From contig CAVPCQ010000032.1 of NCBI GenBank assembly GCA_963702425.1, forward strand, positions 1 to 64,000: 64,000 nucleotides of DNA. Reading direction: 5' to 3'. The notes beneath the pieces were generated by a model. The model worked only from the letters and a program-made list of their open reading frames with translations. It had not been told where the DNA came from and made no database searches. A program made the translations under genes and the position numbers. How positions within the stretch are numbered: the first letter of the stretch is position 1; every line of letters starts with the position of its first letter. Shown piece after piece: positions 1-9,173 of this stretch. This stretch comes from an uncultured Acidobacteriota bacterium (GTDB lineage Bacteria > Acidobacteriota > Polarisedimenticolia > J045).

Positions 1-105
1 CCCAACGGAGGCGCCGTCGGCGACGATCTTCCCGTAGACCTCGCCGGCGGCGGCGAGCGTGGTGGCAACGAGAGCGACGGCCAGCAGGGCAATGAGCTTC
101 TTCAT
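1..105 (-). CDS. secreted protein, 5' part only (runs off window)
   Basis: ATG at 105 with GAAAGGA RBS; MKKLIALLAVALVATTLAAAG is a typical signal peptide. Confidence 0.7.
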   Translation of the reverse strand, partial: MKKLIALLAVALVATTLAAAGEVYGKIVADGASVG

Positions 106-241
106 GGCGTTTCCTTTCACCTCACGCGGACGGTTCGAGGCTATCGCAGATCGGACCGAACGGCCACGCGCCGAGACGCCGTCTCCTCCGGGGGAGCAAG
201 GGGGTTGCCCCCGACCCCGCGCGGGAGGAGGATCCGATCCG

Positions 242-1210
242 ATGCCCGCAAAGGCGGCGGCCCGGCTGATGATCCTGCTCGTGGCGATGACCGGTTGCGC
301 CGGTCCGGAGACTCTCTTCCCGGCGGACGTCGACGGCTGGAAGCCGGCGGGGCCGGAGGAGTCGTACACCGCCACGACGCTCCACCAGTACATCGACGGC
401 GCGGCGGAGGTCTACCTCGCGCTCGGCGTGACGGGGGCGCGGGCCATGAAATACGCGCGCCCGGATCGCCCCGAGCTGATCGCGGATGTCTTCGAGATGG
501 GGACGAGCGCGGGGGCCTACGGCGCGTTCCACCACGACGTGCGCAACGGGGCGCGCGTCGGGATCGGCGCCGAGTCGGACCAGGACGGCGGGGCGCTGGC
601 GTTCTGGAAGGGGCGGGCCTTCGTCTCGGTGATCGCGGTCGGCGACGGCGCAGGCGTGCCGGAGGCGGTGGCCGCGCTCGGCCGGCGGATCGCCGCCGCG
701 CTGCCCGACGGGGGCGGGCCCCCGGCGATCGCCGCGCGGCTGCCGGAATTGGGGCTCGATCGCTCGCGCGTCCACTACGCCACCAGCCACGTGCTCCTGA
801 ACCGGTATTTCTTCGTCGCCGACGGCGACCTGTTCGGCTTCGCGCCGGGGGTCGAGGGGATCGTGGCGGCCTATCGCGCGGGCGGCAGGGGCGATACCGG
901 CCGTGCGGGCGATGCGGGCGATGCAGCCGAAGCGGGCGGCGTAGCCGTTGCGGGCGACGCCGCCGAGCCGTACCGGCTGCTGCTGGTCTCGTACCCGGGC
1001 CCCGCGGGCGGGGAGGCGGCGGGCGCCGCGCTGGCGCGCTTCCGCGCCGGCTTCCTGGCGGAGGCCTCGCCGGACGGGACCTTGCGATTGGAGAACGGCC
1101 GCTGGACGGCGGCGCGGGCGATCGGCCCGCTGCTTGCCGTGGTGCTCGACGCGCCGTCGCGCGAGACGGCGATCGCCGCGCTGGATGCAGTGCAGGCTCG
1201 CGCCCGCTGA
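242..1210 (+). CDS. putative lipoprotein (DUF6599-like)
   Basis: GGAGGA upstream; lipobox-like AMTG-C; LHQYIDGAAEVY and AYGAF motifs. Confidence 0.65.
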   Translation: MPAKAAARLMILLVAMTGCAGPETLFPADVDGWKPAGPEESYTATTLHQYIDGAAEVYLALGVTGARAMKYARPDRPELIADVFEMGTSAGAYGAFHHDVRNGARVGIGAESDQDGGALAFWKGRAFVSVIAVGDGAGVPEAVAALGRRIAAALPDGGGPPAIAARLPELGLDRSRVHYATSHVLLNRYFFVADGDLFGFAPGVEGIVAAYRAGGRGDTGRAGDAGDAAEAGGVAVAGDAAEPYRLLLVSYPGPAGGEAAGAALARFRAGFLAEASPDGTLRLENGRWTAARAIGPLLAVVLDAPSRETAIAALDAVQARAR

Positions 1211-1229
1211 CGGGCGCACGGGAGGCTTC

Positions 1230-2168
1230 ATGGCCAACGGGGACCGGTTCCTGACGCGACGCGATTTCCTGCGCGGCACCGCGGGCGTCGCGATGGCGGG
1301 GGCGAGCGGTGCGCTCGGGGCGACGAGCCCGGCGGATTCGGCCGCGGGAACGCCGCTCCCCGCCCCGGCTGCCGCGAGCGCCGCCACGTCCTCTACGGTC
1401 GTGCTCGTGCGCGACGCCGCCGTGCTCGACGCAAACGGCCGCGTCGCGCCCGATGTGCTGGCCGCGATGCTCGATCGCGCGGTGTGCGAACTGGCCGGCA
1501 GCACCGCGCCCGCCGCCGCCTGGAAGTCGTTCGTCAGGCCGACCGACACGGTCGGGATCAAGACCAACGTCTGGCGCTTTCTCGGCACGCCGGCGCCGCT
1601 CGAGCAGGCGATCCGGCAGCGGGCGATCGACTGCGGCGTGCCGGCGACGAAGATCGCGATCGACGACCGCGGCGTGCTCGACAACCCGGTCTTCAAGGCG
1701 GCCACCGCGCTGATCAACGTCCGGCCGATGCGCACGCACCACTGGTCGGGGGTCGGCAGCCTGCTCAAGAACTACATCATGTTCTCGCCCAGCCCTCCCG
1801 ACTGGCACGGCGACTCGTGCGCCGACCTCGGCGGGCTGTGGAAGCTGCCGATCTGCGCCGGCAAGACGCGCCTCAATGTCCTGGTGATGCTGACGCCGCT
1901 CTTCCAGAGCGAGGGGCCGCACGACTTCAACGCCAAGTATACCTGGCCCTACAAGGGGCTGATCGTCTCGGCCGACCCGGTCGCGGCCGACGCCACCGGG
2001 CTGCGCATCCTCGAGGCCAAGCGCCGCGCCTTCTTCGGGACCGACCAGCCGTTCGAGGTCCCGCCCAAGCACATCCGGGTCGCCGCCGAGAAGTTCGGGA
2101 TCGGGGTGGCCGACCCGTCGCGGATCCAGTTGAAGAAGATGGGGTGGAGCGACGACGCGCTGATCTGA
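1230..2168 (+). CDS. Tat-exported DUF362 family protein
   Basis: GGAGG RBS; TRRDFL twin-arginine signal; VGIKTN, LKNY and SADPVAADA motifs of DUF362. Confidence 0.8.
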   Translation: MANGDRFLTRRDFLRGTAGVAMAGASGALGATSPADSAAGTPLPAPAAASAATSSTVVLVRDAAVLDANGRVAPDVLAAMLDRAVCELAGSTAPAAAWKSFVRPTDTVGIKTNVWRFLGTPAPLEQAIRQRAIDCGVPATKIAIDDRGVLDNPVFKAATALINVRPMRTHHWSGVGSLLKNYIMFSPSPPDWHGDSCADLGGLWKLPICAGKTRLNVLVMLTPLFQSEGPHDFNAKYTWPYKGLIVSADPVAADATGLRILEAKRRAFFGTDQPFEVPPKHIRVAAEKFGIGVADPSRIQLKKMGWSDDALI

Positions 2169-2187
2169 GGTGCGGGCCGGCGCGCCC

Positions 2188-4629
2188 TCAGCTCCCGGGG
2201 AAGTTCATCCGGCGCAGCAGCGCCTTGAACCGCGGCTCGTCGCGCAGGCCGTCGTACAGCGCGTCGATGTAGATCCCTGCCAGCTCGCCGTCGTGGAGCT
2301 CGTATCCCTTCTCGAGCCATTCGAGGGCGAGCTGGTTCTCTCCGGCCCCTGCGGCGCACCGCGCCGCCATGCCATACCCAATGAAGCCGGGAGCGCCCGG
2401 AGCCCTTCGCCCCATCCGCCAGCGCCAGAAGCCCTTCGGCCCGCCCTCCTCGTAGGCGCGACGCATCGCCCGGAGCTCCTCCCCGGTCCAGTACGGGAGC
2501 TTCTCCTGCACCGCCAGCGCCTCCTCAAGTCGGCCTTCCCGTTCCAGGGCGAATACGATCATGTCCTGCGCGCGTTCGAAGGTCGGATCGACCTCGAGGA
2601 TAGCCCGGGACTCGGCGATGGCGTCGTCGTAGCGCCGCGCGTCGGTCAGGAGCTCCGCACGGTGGGCTCTCACGATGAGCGACACCGGATCGAGCTGGAC
2701 GGCCCGATCTGCGTACGCGAGGGCCTCCTCGTGGCGACCCAGCCACGACAGCAGGTAACCGTACGCGACGTGTCCGTAGGCATAGCTCGGGTTGAGCTCC
2801 AGCGCGCGGCGGTGCGACGCTTCCGCCGCTGCCCAGTCGAAATCGTGAATCTGCTGAACGAAACCGAGCGTCGTGTAGGCCTCGGCCAGCCGGTCGTCGA
2901 GCTCGATCGCGCGCAGCGCCGCGGCCCGGCTGCAGCGCATCTGCTCCTGCATGTCGGTTCCGGCGAACGGCTGCCCGAGGAGGAAGCACGCATAGGAGAG
3001 AGCCGCCTGGGCCTCGGCGAAGGCGGGGTCGACCTTCAGCGCGGCCTCGAGCTGCGACCTGGCCTCTCGGGCGTCCTTCTCCGTGAACCGGGCCAGCTGA
3101 AAGCGCGCCTTGAGGTAAAGGTCGTGGGCCGCGGGATCGACGCGTCGGCTCGTCCGAAGCGCCGCCGCTTCGCCGGGCGTGACCACCGCGCTGACGCGGT
3201 CCGCTATGGCGCGTGCGATCTCGCCCTGGAGCTGCAGGACGTCGCGGACGTCCCGCTCGTAGCGTTCCGACCAGAGCTGCCGCTCGTCTGCGGCCCGGAT
3301 CAGCTGCGCGGTGATCCGCACCTGGTCGCCGAGCGCCGTGACCGAACCCACGACGAGGGCGTCCACCCGGAGCTGCCGGGCAACCTCTGCCAGCGAGAGG
3401 GTCGTGTCCTTGAAGCGCATCACCGAGGGGCGCGCGATGACCCTCAGCGCGCCGATCTTCCCCAAGTCCGTGATCAGCGCCTCGGTCATGCCGTCCGCGA
3501 CGTACTCCTGGCCTGCGTCGCCGGAGAGGTTGTCGAGCGGCAGGACAGCGAGCGACGCGATCCGCGCGCCACCGGCGCCGAGGAGACGCTCCCTCACGCC
3601 GCCGACGTCCAGCCCGATCAGGGCGACCGCGACGGCGAGCACGGCGATGACGCCGAGCGCGGCCCACTTCGGCCCGGAGCGTTGCCGTTTCGGAGCCGAC
3701 ACGGCCTGGCCCGCGGCGAGGCGCCGCAGGTCGGCGGCCAGGTCGCCGGCGGTCTGGTAGCGCTGCGCAGGGTCCTTCCGGGTGGCCTTCAGCACGATCC
3801 GCTCGAGGCCACCCGTGAGCGCGGGGTTGACCGCGCGGGGCGGCGTCGGCTCGCGGTGGAAGATCGCGTCGACGAGCGTGGGACCGGAGAGCGCCCCGTG
3901 GAGCCGCCGACCGGTCGCCAGCTCGTACAGCACGGCGCCGGCGGCGTAGATGTCCGTCCGGCCGTCGAGCGCGTCGCCGCGCAGCTGCTCCGGCGCCATG
4001 TAGGGCACCGTCCCGGCGAGGCCGGCGGTCTGGGTCGCCGTCGCCGTCTCCGTGCCGCCGTCCTCGGCCGGCGCGCGCAGCAGCTTCGCGACGCCGAAGT
4101 CGAGGATCTTCAGCCGTCCCTCGGGCGTGAGCTTGAGGTTGGCCGGCTTGAGATCGCGGTGGACGACGCCGCTCGCGTGCGCCGCGGCGAGGCCCTCCGC
4201 GAGCTGGATACCCCACTCGACGACGCGGGCCTCGGGCGCCGGTCGGTCGCCCGCCGCCTCGCTCAGCGTCCGCCCCGCGACCAGCTCCATGACCAGGAAA
4301 TCGACGCCCTCCTCGCTGTCGAAGTCGTGAACGGTGGCGATGTTCGGGTGGTTGAGTCGCGAGAGCGCCCGCGCCTCGTTGCGGAAGCGGCGGCGGGCGT
4401 CCTCGTCGGCCAGGGTGCCCGCGGGAAGCAGCTTGACGGCGACGTCGCGCTCGAGGTGCGCGTCCCAGGCCCGGAACACGACCCCCATCCCGCCGGCGCC
4501 GATCTCCTCGAGCAGCCGATAGTGGCCGAGCTGGCGCTGCGAGCCGTCACGCGGCCCCAGCTCCGCCTCCGGCGCACCGGCACGGGCACGCGTGACGTCG
4601 GGATCTTCGGACCGCTCGCGATCGGGCAT
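2188..4629 (-). CDS. Ser/Thr protein kinase with TM, TolB-like and TPR domains
   Basis: GAGGMG, VAVK, HRDLKPAN, DFG, YMAPE motifs; TM helix; SLAVLPLDNLSGD TolB-like segment; TPR helices. Confidence 0.95.
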   Translation of the reverse strand: MPDRERSEDPDVTRARAGAPEAELGPRDGSQRQLGHYRLLEEIGAGGMGVVFRAWDAHLERDVAVKLLPAGTLADEDARRRFRNEARALSRLNHPNIATVHDFDSEEGVDFLVMELVAGRTLSEAAGDRPAPEARVVEWGIQLAEGLAAAHASGVVHRDLKPANLKLTPEGRLKILDFGVAKLLRAPAEDGGTETATATQTAGLAGTVPYMAPEQLRGDALDGRTDIYAAGAVLYELATGRRLHGALSGPTLVDAIFHREPTPPRAVNPALTGGLERIVLKATRKDPAQRYQTAGDLAADLRRLAAGQAVSAPKRQRSGPKWAALGVIAVLAVAVALIGLDVGGVRERLLGAGGARIASLAVLPLDNLSGDAGQEYVADGMTEALITDLGKIGALRVIARPSVMRFKDTTLSLAEVARQLRVDALVVGSVTALGDQVRITAQLIRAADERQLWSERYERDVRDVLQLQGEIARAIADRVSAVVTPGEAAALRTSRRVDPAAHDLYLKARFQLARFTEKDAREARSQLEAALKVDPAFAEAQAALSYACFLLGQPFAGTDMQEQMRCSRAAALRAIELDDRLAEAYTTLGFVQQIHDFDWAAAEASHRRALELNPSYAYGHVAYGYLLSWLGRHEEALAYADRAVQLDPVSLIVRAHRAELLTDARRYDDAIAESRAILEVDPTFERAQDMIVFALEREGRLEEALAVQEKLPYWTGEELRAMRRAYEEGGPKGFWRWRMGRRAPGAPGFIGYGMAARCAAGAGENQLALEWLEKGYELHDGELAGIYIDALYDGLRDEPRFKALLRRMNFPGS

Positions 4630-4757
4630 GCTCGGCGCCGTCCGCGGGGAAGGATGGCAGAGCCGCAGCGCGGCGCGGGGTCAGAGTAGCACCGGGAGGG
4701 CTGGATGTGCGGAACGGCACGCTGCGCGGAGGCGAATCGCGACCCCCGAGCACCGGG

Positions 4758-5083
4758 TCACTCCCCGTTCGTCTCCGGACCCAGCAGCCGCAGCCCCGCG
4801 GGCGCGCGATCGCCTCGAAATCGCGGTCGAGCGTGAGCAGCGCCGCCCCGGTTTCGAGGCACGTCGCAGCGATGATGCAGTCGACCGCGCCGCGGACGGC
4901 GACGCCGCGTGCCCGGAGCATCCGGTAGAGCGCGGCGGCGCGGACGTGCGTCGCGAAGCCGGGCTCGAGCCGCGGCAGCCGGCGCAGCGCGAGGTGCACG
5001 ACTTCGCGCTTGGACCTCGCGCCGGTGATCTTCATCGCCCGGGCGACGAGTGTGTCGTCGAGCACGATGTTGGTGCGTCCCAT
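4758..5083 (-). pseudogene. collapsed vapB-vapC toxin-antitoxin pair (VapB N-terminus fused to VapC C-half)
   Basis: MGRTNIVLDDTLVARAMKITGARSKREVV is VapB-like and runs in frame into AAALYRMLRARG..VDCIIAATCLE..LLTLDRDF (PIN C-half); PIN N-terminus absent; probable frameshift near 4800. Confidence 0.75.
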
Positions 5084-5275
5084 GCGTCCTCCTTCGTCAT
5101 CAACACACAATTCACTCTTGTTTGGGTGTATGGCCGCAGGCCGCCGTCAGTCCCGCGAAATGCCCGAGCTCCGGGGGCCCTCGCCCGTCATTCCGCGGGT
5201 AATCCACCCCGGCGCGGGATGCGGGGTGCTTCACTTCCGGCCTCTGTTCAGGATCGGTGCTGATTGGTAATACGA

Positions 5276-5304
5276 TTGACAATTAGCCCCGAAAGGGCTA
5301 CCCT
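5276..5304 (+). promoter_or_regulatory. sigma70-type promoter, probably leaderless
   Basis: TTGACA (5276-5281), 17-bp spacer, TACCCT (5299-5304); GTG start 7 nt downstream with no SD. Confidence 0.65.
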
Positions 5305-5310
5305 CCCCTC

Positions 5311-6537
5311 GTGATCCAGCGCACCCTCGAGCCTCGGCTCCGGGCCCTGGCCCGGAAGTTCCCGATCGTGACCGTCACCGGACCGCGGCAGTCGGGCAAG
5401 ACCACGCTCTGCCGGGCCGCGTTCCCCGACATGCCCTACGTCTCGCTCGAAGCGCCGGACCTCCAAGCTTTTGCGCGCGAGGACCCCCGGGCATTCCTCT
5501 CCCGACACCGCGACGGAGCGATCCTCGACGAGATCCACCGCGTCCCGGAGCTATTGTCCTATCTCCAGGTCCTGGTGGACGAGCGGCCGGCGCGGGGTCG
5601 TTTCGTCCTCTCGGGGTCCGCGAACTTCGCGCTGCTCCAAACCCTCGGCCAGTCGCTCGCCGGGCGCACCGCGCTGCTCGAACTCCTGCCGCTCTCGCTG
5701 GAGGAGATCCGCCGCTTTCCCGACCCGCCGGACGAGTTGCTCGACCTGCTTTGGCGCGGCAGCTATCCCGCGGTCTACGACCGCCGGCTCGAGCCGGGCG
5801 ACTGGTACCCCAGCTACGTGGCGACCTACCTCGAGCGCGACGTGAGGACAATCCTGAAGGTCGGCGACCTGGTGGGGTTCCAGACCTTCCTGCGGCTCTG
5901 CGCCGGCCGCGTGGGCCAGCTCCTCAACCTCTCGGCACTGGGCGCCGACGCGGGGATCAACCACAACACGGCGAAGGCGTGGCTCTCGGTCCTCGAGGCC
6001 GGGTACGTCGCGTGGCGCCTTCCGCCGTTCCACGCCAACGTCACGAAGCGACTGATCAGGACGCCGAAGCTGCACCTGTTCGATACCGGTCTGGCCTGCT
6101 ACCTGCTCGGGATCCGCTCGGCCGATCAACTCCGCGATCACCCGCTCCGCGGCGCGATCTTCGAGACCTGGGTCGCGTCGGAGCTTCTGAAATCGCGCAG
6201 CCACCGGGGCCTGTCGTCGAACCTCTCCTTCTACCGCGACCGCAAGGGGGCGGAGGTCGACTTGCTGGTCGAACTCGGTCGCACGCTGCTCGCCGTCGAG
6301 GCCAAGTCCGGCCAGACCGTCGCGGCGGACTTTTTCGCCGGGCTGCGGGCCTTCGCGTCGCTGGTCAAGGAGGCGCGCCTGCGGCGCGCGGTCCGTAACT
6401 TCGTCGTTTTCGGCGGGGACGAGGCGCAGGAACGAAACGCCGGAACGGTCGTGCCCTGGTCGGAGCTCGACCGCTGCGCGTGGTGGGCCGATGAGGAGTG
6501 GTCGCCGCCTTCCTTGCGACGAGGTCGCCTATCCTAG
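5311..6537 (+). CDS. AAA_14 ATPase with DUF4143 domain
   Basis: GPRQSGKTT Walker A; ILDEIH Walker B; PKLHLFDTG; EVDLLV..VEAKSG nuclease-like end. Confidence 0.92.
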   Translation: MIQRTLEPRLRALARKFPIVTVTGPRQSGKTTLCRAAFPDMPYVSLEAPDLQAFAREDPRAFLSRHRDGAILDEIHRVPELLSYLQVLVDERPARGRFVLSGSANFALLQTLGQSLAGRTALLELLPLSLEEIRRFPDPPDELLDLLWRGSYPAVYDRRLEPGDWYPSYVATYLERDVRTILKVGDLVGFQTFLRLCAGRVGQLLNLSALGADAGINHNTAKAWLSVLEAGYVAWRLPPFHANVTKRLIRTPKLHLFDTGLACYLLGIRSADQLRDHPLRGAIFETWVASELLKSRSHRGLSSNLSFYRDRKGAEVDLLVELGRTLLAVEAKSGQTVAADFFAGLRAFASLVKEARLRRAVRNFVVFGGDEAQERNAGTVVPWSELDRCAWWADEEWSPPSLRRGRLS

Positions 6538-6551
6538 CCACGGGGGTCCCC

Positions 6552-8021
6552 ATGGTTGACACGCTCCTCACCTGGCTCCTCGCCCCGCCCGCCGCGGTCG
6601 GCCTGTTCTTCCTCGCGCGTTGGGCCTGGATCCGCTGGCTCGACGCGCGCCTCGACCGCGCCGTAGACGAGGCGGGCGTCGAGATTGCGAAGCTCGGGCC
6701 CTTCGCCGGCGTCTCGGCCGCCGAGATCGGAGCGGTCGGGGCCTACTCGGTCTACGACGCGATCCGGACGCTCGTCATGGTCGACGACCGTGTGCTCGAT
6801 GCGATCGACTTCTCGCGCGGCGGCGTCTCGGTCGGATTCCAGCGCGTCCAGGACCACCTCGCGACGCGCGTGGCCGGGATCGGCGAGGCCGGGCCGGCGC
6901 TGAAGGACAACCTGCTCGGCTTCTACGCCGACCAGGCGGCCGCCGCGCATCTGGCCGCGGAGGGGCACGTCGTCGAATTCGCACACGGGGCGGCCCCGGG
7001 CGCGGAGCTGCTTGTCAACGGTCACCCGTACCACGTCGAGATCGGGCTCGATCCGGCGGTCGTCAAGCAGCACCTGGCGCAGTTTCCGGATGTGACGGTG
7101 GTCGTCAACCAGGAGCTGGCGCCGCACCTCGAAGGCGTCGCGAATGTCCTCGTCGACCCGGCGCTGTCGCACGCCGACGCCGCGGACCACGTGCAGAAGA
7201 CGGTCGAGCGGGTCGGAGAGCTCGGCAAGCTCGACCTGCACTTCCCGTTCATCACCTTCACGATCGCGCTCTTCGCCTATGCACCGCTGGTCTTCAAGCG
7301 CCGCCTGTCGGTGCGGGATGCCGCACGCTTCACCGTGCTCGATACAGGCCTCATCGGCGGCGGCGCGATGGCGCTGGGCAAGGCCGGAGGCCTCGTCGGG
7401 CTCGGGCTGGGCCCGGTCGGCGCCGCGGCGGGAGGGATCCTCGGCGCGCTCGCCGGCGGCCTCGGCGGCGCAGCCGGGGCGAGCTGGCTCAAGGGGCGCG
7501 GGTACCGCGGCGCCGTCGGGGTCTTCCGGCAGGAACTGGAGGAGTTCGGCGCGGGACTACCGGACGCGCTGATCGAGAAGCGCCGCGCCGCGGACCGCAA
7601 GCAGCGCCGGGTGACCGAGCGCTTCCCGCACTCGTCGGCGGTCCGGGCGTGGCTCTGGCCGACGATGAATGACCGCATCTTCCGCCGCCTGGCGGCGGAC
7701 TTCGTCGCGCTCTTCGCGCGGATCGAAGAGCAGCTCGGTCGCGCGCGGGCGCTGCTCGTCGGCGAAGGACTCACCGACGCGTCGCCGGCGGCGTGCGCCG
7801 CCGCGGCCGGGCGCTACGGGCTGGAACTGGTCCAGGCGGGGGAAATCTGGACGCCGGAGGTCGCGCACCGGGTGCGGGCGATGGCGCGCGCCGCGGCCGA
7901 CGCCAACGCCGAGGCGGAGAAGCTGACGACGGCGCGGGAGGCGAAGCAGCGCGTCATCTCGGCGGTCACGTCGCCGATCCGGCGGGCCTTCGCGCGATGG
8001 AAGGGGTGGCTCGGGAGCTGA
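6552..8021 (+). CDS. membrane protein with glycine zipper
   Basis: N-terminal TM; GxxxG-rich hydrophobic stretch; helical C-terminus; GC-rich codon usage. Confidence 0.7.
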   Translation: MVDTLLTWLLAPPAAVGLFFLARWAWIRWLDARLDRAVDEAGVEIAKLGPFAGVSAAEIGAVGAYSVYDAIRTLVMVDDRVLDAIDFSRGGVSVGFQRVQDHLATRVAGIGEAGPALKDNLLGFYADQAAAAHLAAEGHVVEFAHGAAPGAELLVNGHPYHVEIGLDPAVVKQHLAQFPDVTVVVNQELAPHLEGVANVLVDPALSHADAADHVQKTVERVGELGKLDLHFPFITFTIALFAYAPLVFKRRLSVRDAARFTVLDTGLIGGGAMALGKAGGLVGLGLGPVGAAAGGILGALAGGLGGAAGASWLKGRGYRGAVGVFRQELEEFGAGLPDALIEKRRAADRKQRRVTERFPHSSAVRAWLWPTMNDRIFRRLAADFVALFARIEEQLGRARALLVGEGLTDASPAACAAAAGRYGLELVQAGEIWTPEVAHRVRAMARAAADANAEAEKLTTAREAKQRVISAVTSPIRRAFARWKGWLGS

Positions 8022-8110
8022 CGGAGCACGGCGTCGCTGAAGACGGAGGGCGTCGGCCGGCGAGCCCGGCGTAGTGGCGCGGTGGCGTGGCGGCGCGGTC
8101 CTGCAGGAAA

Positions 8111-8142
8111 GGAAAGGACCCGGCCGTAGCCGGGTCCTTTCC
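8111..8142 (-). terminator. intrinsic terminator hairpin
   Basis: 14-bp stem GGAAAGGACCCGGC / GCCGGGTCCTTTCC, loop TACG on the minus strand, then TTTCC; lies between convergent genes. Confidence 0.75.
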
Positions 8143-8191
8143 CCATCTCGCGAGCTTGGCTTCAGCCGGGCCGGCCTGTTCCTCTCCCCGT

Positions 8192-8560
8192 CTAGGGCTG
8201 GGAAGGAGAAACCTGGCAGGCCCGGTAGCAGTTCCACGCCACCGTGTTGGCGATGCTCTCGCAGCGACGGTAATCCTGGTTGGCGTTGTACCTCCTGATG
8301 TTGCCTTGGTTGATGCACTTCCCCTGGCACAAGAGGTCGGCCGGAGAGCAGCCGTTGATGCAGGCTTCCACCTGGGCGTCGACCTCGGCGAGGGTGGAGT
8401 TCAACGTATCCACGCAGGCCTGCCTTTCCACAAACCACTCGTCGGCACACGCCTGGATGCACTCCGCCTCGTCCGCGCTTGCCACCGGAATACCGAGCGC
8501 CGCCACCGCCATGAACAAGAGGGCGACGCGCACGAGCGTTGTCACAGGTTTCGCACGCAT
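8192..8560 (-). CDS. small secreted 10-Cys protein
   Basis: AAAGGAG RBS; signal peptide ending ASA; 10 cysteines; own terminator. Confidence 0.8.
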   Translation of the reverse strand: MRAKPVTTLVRVALLFMAVAALGIPVASADEAECIQACADEWFVERQACVDTLNSTLAEVDAQVEACINGCSPADLLCQGKCINQGNIRRYNANQDYRRCESIANTVAWNCYRACQVSPSQP

Positions 8561-9173
8561 GTATTCAACTCCTTTTCTCCAGGCGCAGAAGTGCTGGATT
8601 CGTTCGGGCTCCCGATCTTAGTCTGACTTTGATCCGTCCTTCGATCCTCTTGCGGATCGCTCAGCCGTTCGGGCAGCCGGCAGGCAGGAACAACGATGGG
8701 CTGCTCCTGCTCCACCGCGCCTGGCTCCAACGGCGATAAGAACCCCCCGCGCCTTTCCCCATGGGCGCGGCCTGGATGCCCCTGGAACCGCCCCTGGATG
8801 GCGGCCCGCAGGTTCGGGAAGGGCCGGGCAGCTCGGCCTCCCGGACGCGCGTGACCTCACATCCTGGCGGCGTGAATTGGACGCACATCCTCGCCTCCGC
8901 GCAAGCCAGAATGTGAGCCCCATTGGCCCTCCGGACTGCGACGTCCAACTAGTTGATTCTGATAGAGTTGCAGGTTTCTGCTGTGGGGAGCGCGGGTTAT
9001 CCTCCGCCACTTTCGCCCGGGCCGCCGCGCGCCGGCACCATGCACCCATCGGTCGACCGGCGCCGCGGTTCGTCGTATATGCACGGGCACGTCAGCGCCC
9101 GCGGGCTGGGCTCCCCCAGGGGCCGAGGTCCGCACCACCGTCACCGCGGGGGATACGGCCTCCGGGAGGGATC

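Noticed and set aside
2170-4689. Long antisense/alternative ORFs (e.g. 2170..4689 +, 9141..11948 -, 56847..59324 +)
   Set aside because: Shadows of real genes in high-GC DNA; no motifs and Arg/Pro/Gly-rich composition.
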